The position numbers were made by a program, and so were the translations under genes. The notes below the pieces were generated by a model that ran no database searches, was not told the DNA's origin, and saw only the letters and a list, made by a program, of their open reading frames with translations. This document shows, in pieces, positions 22,432 to 34,500 of a stretch of 64,000 bases of DNA (position 1 is its first letter; every line of letters starts with the position of its first letter). The DNA comes from Takakia lepidozioides (lineage: Eukaryota > Plantae > Bryophyta), in NCBI GenBank assembly GCA_030704615.1, contig CM060732.1:68076001-68140000 (forward strand). The letters are read 5' to 3'.

Positions 22432-25400
22432 CTTGTGGGAGAAGAAAAGAAAACCAGAGGAAGAATATGAGGACACGGAGGAAGCATCCTCAGGTTCTGA
22501 CACCTCTAAATCTGATAAAGATGAGGAGATGGGAGGCTCTGAGGAGAGTAAGGAGGTAGAAACAGCACTGAGGGATGTTGAGGAAATAATAGACGATGTC
22601 AACCTAGGGGAGGACTTGTTCGAGGACCAAGGGATGTCTGAACTCCTTCAGGAAGAGACCCATAAGAGCATGGCTGCTGCCATAATACAGGAAGCTTACC
22701 AGAAAGCTTGGAATGGTGAACTAGGGAACAACAACCTAGAAATAGAGGATGACTTCCATGATTGGAATCAGGTTGTCACACAAGAGGAAGGACAGAGAAT
22801 GGCTAACTCTGTAAGCCAGGTGGAGGGAAAGAATTGGGAACCCAGTCAAGAGGAAGAAATGGAGAGTCGTTGGAGAAGTCTGAAATCCAGACTGCACATC
22901 AACCCAGAACTGGCCCCAGAACATAGGATAGAGCTGGAGCAAGAGCTGAAAGCAAACCAGGAATGCTTTGCTCTTAGCAAGGCTGACTTGGGATACTGCA
23001 GTGAGGTAGAACACACAATTGACACACAAGGTTTTCCCCCTTGCAGAAGTCGTCCCAGCCGCCTATCAGAATGGGAGGAAGACGAGGTCCAAGGACAAAT
23101 TGAGACTTTGATCTCACAAGGCAAGATGAGAGAGAGTAGTTCAGAATGGTCGTGTCCAGTTACCCTTCCACCAAAAAAGGATGGATCCAAGCGGTTTTGT
23201 GGTGATTTTAGGCCAGTAAACCGTTTAACCAGAAGGGACTCTTACCCTATGCCATTAATTCAGGATGTTTTAAACCAGTTGGGGAAAGCCAAGTGGTTTT
23301 CTGCGCTGGATTTACAATCTGGTTTTTGGCAGATCAAAATGGACGACCGAGACATAGGCAAAACAGCAGTGATCACAAAGAAGGGATTGTATGAATGGCT
23401 AGTCATGCCATTCGGGCTAAAAAATGCCACTGCTACCTTTCAGAGAACAATGAATAGAGTGCTCAAGGAAGAAATCAAAGATTGCGCTAAGGTTTTTGTA
23501 GATGACGTCAATATCCATAGCAAGGACTGGGGAGATCACGTGGGACATATAAAGAGAGTATTGAGCAAGGTTAGAAAGGCCAATCTTAGGCTCAATCCGG
23601 ACAAGTGTTACTTTGCCAACTTACAGTTGGTATTCCTTGGGCATGTGATCTCTGAAGAGGGAACGTGGCCTGATCCAGATAAGATAGCTGCTATTGAAAG
23701 GTTTCCCTTGCCCAAAAACCACACTGCTCTCAAAAGCTACTTAGGCATGACAGGGTACTATAGGCCCTATGTCAAAGGATATGCTGGAGTGGCAGTACCC
23801 TTGTTCACTCTAACCAAGAAGGATGTGAAGTTTATCTGGAGTGCAGAGGCACAAAACGCCTTTTCTGCCTTACAGGTGAAGTTGGTAACTGCTCCCATCC
23901 TGGCAAGACCAGATTTCTCAAGACCGTTCGTCTTGGATGTTGACTGGTCCATCAAAGGAGTAGGGGCAGTCTTGTCACAAAAGGAGTATAAAAAGGAGAG
24001 GGTCATTGCATACGCCAGTAAGGTACTATCTGATGCTCAGCGCAAATATCACCCTATGGAAGGTGAATGCTATGCCCTGGTGTGGGGAGTATTACACTTT
24101 CGGCAGTACCTGTATGGAACCCCTTTTGTAATCAGGACTGATCACAAACCACTGGAGTGGTTGGCAACGGTAAGTGACGCATATGGACGCAGGGGTAGAT
24201 GGATCATGATGTTACAAGATTTTGAGTTTAAAATTGTTCACAGAGCAGGTGCTAGGCATGCTAACGTAGATGCACTAAGCAGGTATCCAGTGGGACCAGC
24301 TGAGGAAACCGAGGAAATCGAGGTATACTCTACTTCTCTGTACAGTCAGAAAAGAGAAGGGAGAAAGAGGGATGGAGCCTATCTTCTTAAGCTAGCTTGG
24401 GATAGGGGTGCCATCAATGCTTCGTTATTTCAATTTAAGGAGGGGAAGGAGGAGTTGAGAGAAGAAGCTCATAGGCAAGTAGGGTATAGCAGTGAAAAAG
24501 GGGAGATGATTTGCAAAAGAGAAGAGTACTATGCATGTGTATGGGGCCTTTGGCACTTCAAGAAAATACTGTTGGGAAGTCATTTTTCTTTGGAAACAGA
24601 TCTAGATCCATATTGGTGGCTATACTCAGAGCACCACATAGGCATAGACTTACTTGGTGACTTTTCATTTGAGTTCGTTCCGGGCATAGTAAGATCTTCC
24701 ACAGGTGGAATGTTGACCAAGGATCATGGCATATTGAAGGGAGAACTGAAACCAGGCATAATGCCAGATGGAGAAGGAAAGAGGGTGACTTTTGCTGCAC
24801 AGACTTTTGCTACAAAAAAAAAACAAGGAAAGGGTATTGATCAATCAAGCTCTGTCAATCTGGTGAGGGAGGGTATTTGGAAGGATAAGGGTGCAGGAAG
24901 GATAGAGGCTACTGCAATCAGCAACAAGGAAAGGGAGCATCTGATGCCCTCTTGTCCCACCATCCATGTGATTACCCGAGGATCTCGTGCTCGTGATAAG
25001 GAGCTAAGCGAGGTACATCCAGCCTGTGAACTTGTGGAAGAGAGATCGAACAATGAAAAGGGAAGCTTGCAAGAGACACCATTCCTTCAACACTTGACAA
25101 GCACTCCAACAACAAGAAGAACGCGGGTGACTTCCTCATCAGAATGCCCAGCCAAGGAAAACATGGGGGGTGAGTGTTCCACCAAGACGTTTTGTTCTTC
25201 AGACAGTGATGGAACAAGTGGTTCAGAACAAGACACTTCTTCTTGCAACAAGATTGATGAAGGGGACTGGGTACCATGGACCGCACCCACCAAAGCTACT
25301 CAGATGTCATTATTACGTGAGGCTGAAAGATGGGGGAAAAGCTCTCTCATCAGCTCTGACCATCATACAGCAGCTGTTAAGGAGGAAAGGCAACCTGATG

Positions 25401-26704
25401 TGCTTGATGATGTGGAAGTCATGCACCTCTTATGTTTTGGAGAAGTCAATGACTACCTGACAAAAGAGGAGAGCAAGAGAGCCAAGAGGCGGGCAAGGCA
25501 GTACTCCTATCTCAAAGGTGAGGTCTACTTTGATGGAAGGGTAGTTCCACCAAGAACTGACAGAGGGGCAATAATCACTGAAGTACATGAAGCCACTGGC
25601 CACTTTGGAGTCAGAAGAACACAAGAGGAGATATGCCGACGTTATTTCTGGCATGATAGAACAAAACTCATCAGGCAAGTACTCAAGGGCTGTGGTAAAT
25701 GTCAGATGGCCAAACAGAACGGAGTGTTGCGCTCAGGTAGCTCAAAACTTCACAGCATTCCAGTAGTGGATCTGTTTTTCAGAGTTGCAATTGACACGGC
25801 AGGACCATTACCTATAACCAGCAGGGGCAATCAGTACTTTCTGGTGGCAATCGATCACTTCTCAAAATGGATAGAAGCTGCACCAGTGGCAGATCATACA
25901 GCAGCCCTTGCTGCCCGCTTTCTTGAGGAAGAAGTAATTGACAGGTATAGCTGCCCACATACGTTGCTCACTGACAATGGCACAGAGTGGGGAGGTGAGT
26001 TTGAAGATACATGCCACGAATACGGTATAAAGAGGGAGCATAGCGCCCCCTACTGGCCTCAGTGTAACGGTATGGTGGAAAGGGTCATTAAGTCTCTCAA
26101 ACAGAGCATCACCACCCTAGGAGTTGGAAACGACACTGAGTGGGATCAGAATCTCTATAAGGCCCTGTTTGGTTACAGAATGGGTGTCCATGCTTCCACT
26201 GGATTCTCACCTTTTCAGGTACTTACTGGTAGAATTCCCAGGCTGGGAATTGACAACAGGTTGCATTTTCTTACAACACCAGTAAATTCTGATGGATCTG
26301 TAGCAGAGGTCACACTTATGATGCAGCAGAAAATCCAGCTTCTCACAGAGATGAAGGCAAAGCTACGAAAGAGTGTGAAGAAAGGGCAGCGTCAACAGGC
26401 AAGAGATTATGAAAGAAGGCATCAAACAGGGCATACCTACTGCACGTTGATGGAGAACAACAAGGTAATGATGTTGAGGCCTGGAAAGAGGTCTTCCATG
26501 ACATCTCCATGGGAGGGACCCTATGACTTTTTGGGATACAAGGATGCAGGAAGCACAACCAAGACTGGAGAAGCTGCACGAAGATGCAGGTTGAGAGATG
26601 GAGCAGACAAGGAATGGGTAAGAAGTAGGAGGGATTTAAAACCCTTCATACCACCAATAGGTGTTCAGCCGTTAAAGGTGGTCAGTGAGGACCCTGACAC
26701 TTAA
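22421..26704 (+). CDS. pol: Pol: reverse transcriptase, RNase H, long insert, integrase
   Basis: RT LDLQSGFWQ, MPFGLKNA, FVDD; RNase H DVDWS, EGECYAL, TDHKPL; integrase HHCC, DTAGP, TDNG, VERVIK. Confidence 0.95.
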   Translation: MNSSLWEKKRKPEEEYEDTEEASSGSDTSKSDKDEEMGGSEESKEVETALRDVEEIIDDVNLGEDLFEDQGMSELLQEETHKSMAAAIIQEAYQKAWNGELGNNNLEIEDDFHDWNQVVTQEEGQRMANSVSQVEGKNWEPSQEEEMESRWRSLKSRLHINPELAPEHRIELEQELKANQECFALSKADLGYCSEVEHTIDTQGFPPCRSRPSRLSEWEEDEVQGQIETLISQGKMRESSSEWSCPVTLPPKKDGSKRFCGDFRPVNRLTRRDSYPMPLIQDVLNQLGKAKWFSALDLQSGFWQIKMDDRDIGKTAVITKKGLYEWLVMPFGLKNATATFQRTMNRVLKEEIKDCAKVFVDDVNIHSKDWGDHVGHIKRVLSKVRKANLRLNPDKCYFANLQLVFLGHVISEEGTWPDPDKIAAIERFPLPKNHTALKSYLGMTGYYRPYVKGYAGVAVPLFTLTKKDVKFIWSAEAQNAFSALQVKLVTAPILARPDFSRPFVLDVDWSIKGVGAVLSQKEYKKERVIAYASKVLSDAQRKYHPMEGECYALVWGVLHFRQYLYGTPFVIRTDHKPLEWLATVSDAYGRRGRWIMMLQDFEFKIVHRAGARHANVDALSRYPVGPAEETEEIEVYSTSLYSQKREGRKRDGAYLLKLAWDRGAINASLFQFKEGKEELREEAHRQVGYSSEKGEMICKREEYYACVWGLWHFKKILLGSHFSLETDLDPYWWLYSEHHIGIDLLGDFSFEFVPGIVRSSTGGMLTKDHGILKGELKPGIMPDGEGKRVTFAAQTFATKKKQGKGIDQSSSVNLVREGIWKDKGAGRIEATAISNKEREHLMPSCPTIHVITRGSRARDKELSEVHPACELVEERSNNEKGSLQETPFLQHLTSTPTTRRTRVTSSSECPAKENMGGECSTKTFCSSDSDGTSGSEQDTSSCNKIDEGDWVPWTAPTKATQMSLLREAERWGKSSLISSDHHTAAVKEERQPDVLDDVEVMHLLCFGEVNDYLTKEESKRAKRRARQYSYLKGEVYFDGRVVPPRTDRGAIITEVHEATGHFGVRRTQEEICRRYFWHDRTKLIRQVLKGCGKCQMAKQNGVLRSGSSKLHSIPVVDLFFRVAIDTAGPLPITSRGNQYFLVAIDHFSKWIEAAPVADHTAALAARFLEEEVIDRYSCPHTLLTDNGTEWGGEFEDTCHEYGIKREHSAPYWPQCNGMVERVIKSLKQSITTLGVGNDTEWDQNLYKALFGYRMGVHASTGFSPFQVLTGRIPRLGIDNRLHFLTTPVNSDGSVAEVTLMMQQKIQLLTEMKAKLRKSVKKGQRQQARDYERRHQTGHTYCTLMENNKVMMLRPGKRSSMTSPWEGPYDFLGYKDAGSTTKTGEAARRCRLRDGADKEWVRSRRDLKPFIPPIGVQPLKVVSEDPDT

Positions 26705-26725
26705 AAAAAGGAGACACACTACATA

Positions 26726-29126
26726 TGTAGTGTGAATGCAGGGGGTAAAAATTCAAGTTTTTGTTTGGCATCAGGTTTCGGCACTACTACAAAGGGAGTG
26801 CCCTTCGTGCTAATGAAGGGGAGGAATTGTCCATAACTTGAGGTAATTCCATGGAAAGACTATGCTATTGATCTGCCAAGAACAAAATATGGCTAAGTTA
26901 TGACATGCACCTTTTTCATCCCTAGGATGAATGATTTTCATCCATGATGTTGAACCCTAGAAGCAGGATGTGAAATTCGAAGGGGAAGAGTGCGTGTATC
27001 TTTTCGCAGCTGCTGCAGTGGTGTTGGCAGCACAGGATATCTGAGAAAGTTCCACCTACGCAAAGGGTATCAGCTTGCTTTTAAGAGAAACGTTAAGAGC
27101 TCCTGCTTGGCTTTCTGTGCAAGAAGAAGCGGTGCCGCCTTCTTCGTAAGCAATGATCAAACCTGAGGGATCAGGTTTGTGATAAGGGCGGTGCACCACT
27201 GCTGTCGCCATTGTCTTGATGAGCACATTAATGAGGAGATGGAGCGGCTCAGCAGGTGTTGGGGGATGAGAAATGCAGGCTGGTGTGTATAGCACCTCAG
27301 GTTGTCTGTGATCAAATCTTGTAGCTGCTGTCTGTTTTTGAGCTTTAGGACCAGATCACTTTGTAAGGGAAGAGTGTAAGCATCTTTTCGCAGCTGCTGC
27401 AGTGGTGTTGGCAGTACAACATATCTTAGGAAGTTCCACCTGCGCAAAGGGAATCAGCTTGCCTTAAAGAGCGACGTTAAGGGATCTGGCTTGGCATTCT
27501 GTGCAAGAGGAAGCGGTGCCGCCTTCTGGTGTGTATGGCGCTTAAGCTGTCTATAATTAAGTTTTGTATCTGCTCTCTGTCTTAAGGGCTGTAGGACCAG
27601 ATCACTTCATAGGGAAGAAATGCACATGTAGAAGGATAGGGTAGAGGTTGGCAGGCACAAGGATGTGCCAGCAGCTGAAGCAGAGCCGTCATGCCTTAAT
27701 GAGGACTGGAATCACGATAAGAAGAAACGTCGGAAATGGCCGACGAGGGAGAGGACAAGGTGCCTTCTTGACAGGCAGACCCACCGCTTCAATGAGTATA
27801 AGACAGATAAGTTTGAAGAGTGGCTCCCCCTTTTTTTTTGGTGACTTAGAAATCGTTTTGTGAAGTTTGGACTGTCTCTTGTATGTAGTAAGAGACACTG
27901 ACATGTGAGGAAGAAAAAGAGCTTTGGAAATGGAATGAAGACACTGGACTTCAAACCAGGATGGACTGGAGATGGATGCACTTGCTGTTACATTGTACAG
28001 TAGGAAAAATGAATGGAAACAGGGTTGATTCGTTGCTGGGACAGAATGGTTGCTGCTGTTGTATTCTTGTTCTTTGTTTCAGCGTCATGAGCTTGTACAA
28101 ACAATCTAGCCTGGGATGTTGACACATTGCAGTCAATGTGGAACTAACTTAGTAGGTAGAGGAAACCAGTGAGAGTGAGATAGAACTGTTTGGAAACAAC
28201 AAGAAGGGATGATGTGGATGGGGCAGAAAAACCAACATCTGTTTGGGTTTGGATCTGATTCTCAGGGTGCTCTCAGCATGTGAACCACTGAGGTTCACAG
28301 TTGATGGGAAAAAGAGAGCTGTCAGGGTATGTAAATTGAGACCTGTAGAAGGGTTGAGAGCTGTCTTGGGCAAATGGCTACACCTGGGAAAAGTGGAGTG
28401 TGAAGCATCTGTCATTGGCAAGAGAGGGACTGATAAAAGGGCTGATTACATCTTGTGTGACCAAGGTTGATTCCAATGCTGGGTGCACTGGATGCTTGGT
28501 TGAATGCGCATTGCATTGCATCATAGACATGCTACAGTGGAAAGAGTGAGGAACCTACTCACCCTGAAAGAAAGAGAGAGGGAGAGAGAAAAGGACATAA
28601 GGGAGAGAGCTGACCAGCAAGAGGGGATGGTGAGGAATGGATGATTGGGGAGGTAAGATAAAGAAAGCATGAACCCATGAAGGTCCAAACTGGTGGGCCT
28701 GCAACTCATGGCAGATCTGAGTTGCCTCCTTCTAAATCGTGATCTTATTACAAAGGGGCTTCCACGTGTTGCTGACCAAAGGAGCTGCCCACAAGGGCAG
28801 TGGTCATCACTGACGTAGGGCTGGTTGCATCACTGAAGACAGCATGGTAACATGGCTGGTGCAGTGTACCAGGGAGAGGATGTCGTGTAGAAGTAGAACC
28901 ACGGGTGAAAACAATACAGACTCCCCATCCATGTCTTCTCTTCCGCTGCGGCGTGGATGAGGATTGTGTGAACTCTGATCATGAAGGACCTGAGGGAAAC
29001 CCACACCGAGTGACGATGGTTGGCTCACTGAGAGGAGAGCTCCTTTCCTTCCCTCCAATTGACCTGGGGAGGAGCACAACTAGACTTGCACAGAAGGGGA
29101 TTCACGCCCCTTCTTTTCACACTACA
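26726..29126 (+). repeat. 3' LTR (~2.40 kb)
   Basis: Direct repeat of the 5' LTR plus terminal cacactaca; preceded by cacactacata (26715-26725). Confidence 0.95.
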
Positions 29127-32100
29127 TAGCCTTTTAATGTCTTCATATACCGTTCCATAGGATACATCCAACGGCTAGACACGGGACCACACACCTCCAA
29201 TTCGTCCACAAGGTGTACAAGCAAGTGAATCAAAAAATGACGGAGGGAATTCTTTCTCCAACAGACACAGTGTGATTGCAACATCTTCTTTTAAGGCCGG
29301 TACCTCAGCTGGATTAATGATCTTTGCACACACTTTTTGGAAGACTCGAGAAAGCCTCATAATTGCCATCCGTGGACCCTTTCCCAATACCCCTCGAATG
29401 CAAAGAGGTAAAATCTGCTGCATCATTACATGGTAGTCATGGGTTTTCATTGTAGACAGTTTATTGTCAGCCACATGTTTCTGGAATGTGGCAGCATAAC
29501 CTGTGGGGGCCTTTACTGCAGCCAATGTTTCCAAAAACAGCACCTTCTCATCTTCAGTAAGAACATATGGGGCCAAAGGCTTGACCAACTCGTTCGGGTG
29601 AGAGGGATGGGGTCTCAACCACAAGTGTTCACGAATGACATTGAGTTCCATATCCTTCCTAGATGTGGCTGTGTCCTTCTCCCCAAGAATGGTTCTCAGC
29701 ACATTCTCACACAAATTTTTTTCACAATGCATCACATCCAGTGTGTATCGGATGAGTAAGTCTTTCTAGTATGGCAATTGGTTCAAAACAGCGACCCGTT
29801 TCATGCCATGTTCCTTTGAAGGGTCCAGTTTTCCCCCCTCAGCCCCTCCCATTGCGAGATACAACTCTCTGGTTGTAGCCCGGTCAAATTGCTCACTTGC
29901 AGTGACCACCATAGGAGCTGCTCTATGTTCCACATGTCCATTAAAGTGGGACGAGTTATTCCTATAGGGATGAATAGCAGGCAAGTATCTCCTATGACCA
30001 AGATACAAAACTTTTTTGCATGCCTTGGAGTACCTGGAATCAACATTAGGGCCGCAAGCTGGGCAGGCCTTGTATCCCCCGTGTGCGCATCCTGCTAGCA
30101 ACCCATAAGCTGGAAAGTCGTGGATTGACCATATCAAGATGGCCCTCATGCAAAATGATTGTTGCCCCACTAGGCTACTTCCATCCAATGCCTCCACACC
30201 AACTTCCCACAACAATTTCAGCTCATCCACAAGGGGCTGCAGATAAACATCTGCATTGTCATTTCCCACAGATTGTGGTCCAGGAATCAATAAAGCCAAC
30301 ATCGTGAAAAATGGCTTAGTACACAGCCATGGTGGAAGATTATAGTTTACCAACATGACAGGCCAAGTTGACCATTTGTTTGATTTATCACTGTAAGGAT
30401 TGACACCATCCCATGCGAGACCCAATCGCAGATTTCTGGGGTCCGCTGCAAACTCAGGCCATTTTTGGTCAATGTGGGCCTTGCTGTCTGCTGGGTGCCT
30501 AACCAAGCCATCCAAACTTCGATTCTTAAAGTGCCATGACAATAACTTGAGATGGATTTGGCTTTATACATTCGAAGCAGCCTTGGAATGATAGGGAAAT
30601 GTCGAAGGACCTTATGAGGTACTGGTGTCTTCGTACCCACCACATAACGACATGCCTGACATTTTGGACAAACCTCCAAATTTTGAAGCTCCCTTCTGAA
30701 CAACACACAACCTTTCGGACATGCATGTATACTCTCGTAATGAAGCCCGAGTTCCATTATGAGTTGTTTTGCCTCATAGTGGGACTTTGGCAGGCAATTG
30801 TCTGCTGGCAACAGTTGTCTTCCTAACAATGTAAGGAGTTCATCGACAAAGGTGTTTGACACACCATGGGTTTGACAAGCATTTAACAGCAGTAAGGTAG
30901 CAGACAATCGAGAGGAAGAACTCCCTACATACAAAGCCCTGGATGCCTCCTGCTCAAAACGTAAGGCACTCGCTGCACCACGATCACCATCGCTCTTCAG
31001 TCCACCATCAGTCTGCTCTGGCACTCCATCTGTGTCCCATTGGCCCTGTGTTCCATCTCCCGGTTCCTCATGTGCATCACCAGTTTGCACCCCATTATCT
31101 GTAGTTGCGAATGTCTCCCGGAGCATTCTAAGCATGTCAAGATTACGATCCAAGGTATCAGGACCACCTGCAGGGCTGGTTTCCGTTCTAAACCCCTCAT
31201 GTTCGTCTCCAGAGTTTTCCTGCTTATAAGCATATCAGTCCACATGTCAATCCACAATAAGATGGGGAGTTTAGGGTTGGAAATGGTGGATGTGGAACGT
31301 GCCATAATACAGGCACATGGCAATAGGAAAACGGGCATGTACAATACTCTACACCTTACAACAATCCCGCTACCAGGAATTTGAATTGTTTCTTATAATT
31401 TCAAAGTATGCATCAGGGTTAAGGGAAGAGAATCCACAGATATGCACCGGGAGTTCTCGCAAGTTAGGATCTCGCAAGTTCAAAAGCAGATGACGCTTAG
31501 CCCGGCCAATGGTTTGCCAGTTCCCACCATGACAGGCATTGCATGGACATAGAATTTTCCGAAGACCCAGTCTTCTTGCTCGCGCTTCCTCTAGTTTCCA
31601 CAATCTGTCATCGTCATGTTCTGCTTGTGTCCGCCTTTGCAATCGATGGGCAGTAGGAGGGATCATCTTGGCGACTGAGTGAGACTCGTCAGGAAATGGA
31701 GACAGACATAGAGTGTCCAGAAGTTACACCAGGGCGCAAGCCTACAGCGAGGGAGGTAGAACGAGCAAAGCGTCAAGCGGAGAACAAGGCATTCTTCGCA
31801 CGACTGAAGATCTACGACATTGCAAAGAGGTCCGAACTTGCGTTTTTTCATATGCCCTACCTAGCCCTAGCCATGAAACCGCATTAAAAGCTCCAAACCT
31901 GCAGAGAGGATATGTTAGGGTTTTGCTGCTGCTGACATTGTCTTTCTTCTTCTTCTTTGCAGCGTCGAAGCGAGATTGAGTCGCCCTAAACGCCTCGTTG
32001 AGGAAATCCTCAAACACACAGGTCCTTCTCGCCGAAGTCACAGAGTTCAACTCCTGCACTCTGCAATGTCACAACAGGAGAAAGAGGTAGAGCAAGAGGA

Positions 32101-32309
32101 GGAAGCGCAGGTGGTAGCGGAGTCAGACACAGAGGAGGCACGAGAGCAAGAATTGCAGCGAGACCAAGATTATGCCGCACATGAAGACTTGAATGAGACC
32201 AGCTCGGAGTCAGAGATGGAAACGATGAAAGAAGCCCCAACAAAGAGAAAGCGCGCAAAGCACCCTGCAAACTCCCCAACCCATCAGCAGGTTTGCGATC
32301 TGCACCAAA

Positions 32310-33000
32310 GTTCCGAGTTTCAAACACTATATAACTTGTCCCAGTATAATTTAGGGTTCTGAGACCTAACAAGCTGATTGATATCTTTACGGAGCTGGTA
32401 GTACCTCGCCCACAATTCTCTGTTGGTTTCCAAATTGCAGCACTCTTTATAGAGGGCTCGTCTCTCAGCTATCTTGAGTTTAATCTCATTGGTCCACCAA
32501 TTAACAGCTCTAGCACAGACAATTAGTTTCATCCCAATGATCTTGTCAACCACGGAGGAAACGAAACTCTCCCAAGAGTCCCCTGCTCTTTCGACTTCAT
32601 TTCTTGCGTTATCAGAGCGAGACTGAAGTTCTTGGAGCGATTGCATCGAGAGGGAGAGCCTCTTGCAAGGCCTAGACATACTCAACCTTGACCTCCTCAT
32701 TATGAAGTTTTTCTATGCGCCACTTCCGAATCGAATTCTTGGTGTTGGGAAAACACCTTTTGATCTCATTCCAAACCAGGAACTGGTCAGAGGTAGCAAT
32801 ATCAGTTCTGTCGATCAACACATTCGCACACTGGGGGAACAAATTTTTGTCCATTATGATATAATCCACAATGGAGCGTTCCCCAGTTTGGGATTTCTCA
32901 CGAGTCCACTGCACTTGGTCACCTCTTGTCCTGATATTCAAGGTGAAAAGCTGAAGATCTTCTAGACAGTTAATTAACTGTCTGCCATTAGAATGAGGGG
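32310..33000 (-). mobile_element. LINE fragment (end of endonuclease and linker)
   Basis: QWTREKSQTGERSIVDYII...SDQFLVW; NWWTNEIKLKIAERRALYK. Confidence 0.7.
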
Positions 33001-33594
33001 CTCACTCCATTAGTAGGACTTACCGTGTTATAAACATTAGTTCAGGCTTTCCAGATTCCTTTTAGAAAGCCCTTCACACGTTCATCAGTTTTGTTGTATG
33101 TGGGCTACCAAGCAATGAGACCCCAACAGGGCCCACCGCTTTAGACTCAGCCTTGAGATATTGATAGTTGGTGAACAGAGGTGCAGGGACTATGTTCTTG
33201 ATGGTCCTGAAGAGGGTCGCTCTCTGATGAGAATACCCCAGACTTGTATCACAAAATGGACATTGTCTTCAGGCCACCCACACCAGTGAGCATCGACAAT
33301 CTCCCTTTCCTCTTTGCATCTGTTTATTGTTCAAAGGTAGACTCCCCATCCGGAGGTTAAATTTTCAGTCTAGTGCCAAGGGTTGGTCTGCCCTTCAGAT
33401 CATCCTCAAAGTCCTCACCCATGTCACAAACTGGAAACGAGTTCAGGGAAGTTTATGCCTAACATTGTTTTGTTTGGACATTCTTCATGCTTTTGACATG
33501 GCCTTAGAGCGAACGCCATGTTGGCGGTCGCTTTCATTTTATTATTTTCCAAAATGTATTTGTCACCGCCACCGTGTCGGTGACGTGACTGCTT

Positions 33595-33960
33595 ACCGAA
33601 GAATTTTGATCTTTTCTCCATTGTGATTCTCCACCAAAACTTTGAACGCTTTGTACCTATCGAGAACTCCAAACTTGTTTTGTATCGTGCAGAGAAATGT
33701 TTTCCTGGAAAGATTATCAATGAAGGTCAAGAAATATTTTGCATTTCCATGCGATTCAATTGACATATGATCACATAGATCTGTATGCGCCAGCTCAAGA
33801 ACCTTATTTCATCTTTTGGAAATGAGTTGCGATGGTGTTTACCATACACACATCCGTCACAAAAACCCAAGATCCGATCTCCTATAAGATCCATGCTTTC
33901 AACCAGATTGTTAGCTGACATGCATGCCAAACTTTGCATTGAGACATCATCTCAAAGATG
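33595..33960 (-). mobile_element. Ty1/Copia integrase fragment
   Basis: FCDGCVYGKHHRNSFPK; YKAFKVLVENHNGEKIKILR. Confidence 0.75.
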
Positions 33961-34150
33961 CCGGGCCACTGATTTTTAACAATTTACGTATGACATCCGT
34001 TTCTTCAAGAGTGCGTATAACTTTCGCACATATTTCGTATTTCATCATCATATTGTATTAATTTGATATCATATACGAACAACCGGATATGATGTCAAGT
34101 CCATACGATTTAACTACATGATGAAATAATGCGAACTTGTCACACATTCC

Positions 34151-34500
34151 GTCGTCAAGTGTCATGTTATAATTATCTTAGAAACGACACTAACAAAAAA
34201 CGTTTGTCGTATGACAACATCTTGCAAGGTTTTCACACCACATCTATGCAGTTTCTACACCAACCAAAATATAGTACAACTTTAGCACGACATCAATAAT
34301 CACCATAAAATAGTACGAAATTTTCATGCATATAGTCGTCAAGTTTCGTACTATAATTGTCTCAGAAGCGACACTAACAAAAAGCGTTAGTTATATTGCA
34401 ACATCTTACAACGTTTTAGCACCACATCTGTGCAATTTCTACATGGACCAAAATCTAGTGCAACTTTAGTACTGACACCCTTAATCACCATAAATAACAC
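34151..34500. repeat. Degenerate tandem duplication, ~185-bp unit
   Basis: tcgtcaagt...cgacactaacaaaaa...caccacatct...aatcaccataaa occurs twice. Confidence 0.75.

Larger units (their letters stand above)
17749..29126 (+). mobile_element. Full-length Ty3/Gypsy LTR retrotransposon
   Basis: Ends TGTAGTGTGAA...TTCACACTACA; TSD TAGC (17745-17748, 29127-29130); PBS TGGTATCAGAGC at 20138; PPT 26703-26714; domain order gag-PR-RT-RH-IN. Confidence 0.97.
16489..31666 (-). pseudogene. CACTA Tnp2-family transposase (Transposase_21/DUF4218/DUF4216-like), interrupted by the Gypsy element
   Basis: CPCNAC, IHACPKGCVLF, RNLRLGLAWDGVNP, WSIHDFPAYG, MHCEKN, KTHDYHVMMQQ, YVRNMSRPEGSMVEGY; frameshifts and stops; intron 17489-17402; removing the Gypsy and one TSD restores YMKTLKGYVRNM. 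Confidence 0.92.
13512..32310 (-). mobile_element. CACTA (En/Spm) element, degenerate; right end not found
   Basis: Terminus CACTACTACAGAAA at 13512; Tnp2-family transposase pieces 16489-31666; no matching TAGTG terminus seen, sequence changes to a LINE relic at ~32310. Confidence 0.65.

Noticed and set aside
31696-32310. Plus-strand ORFs diverging from the CACTA transposase
   Set aside because: Low complexity, truncated by the LINE relic, no recognisable domain
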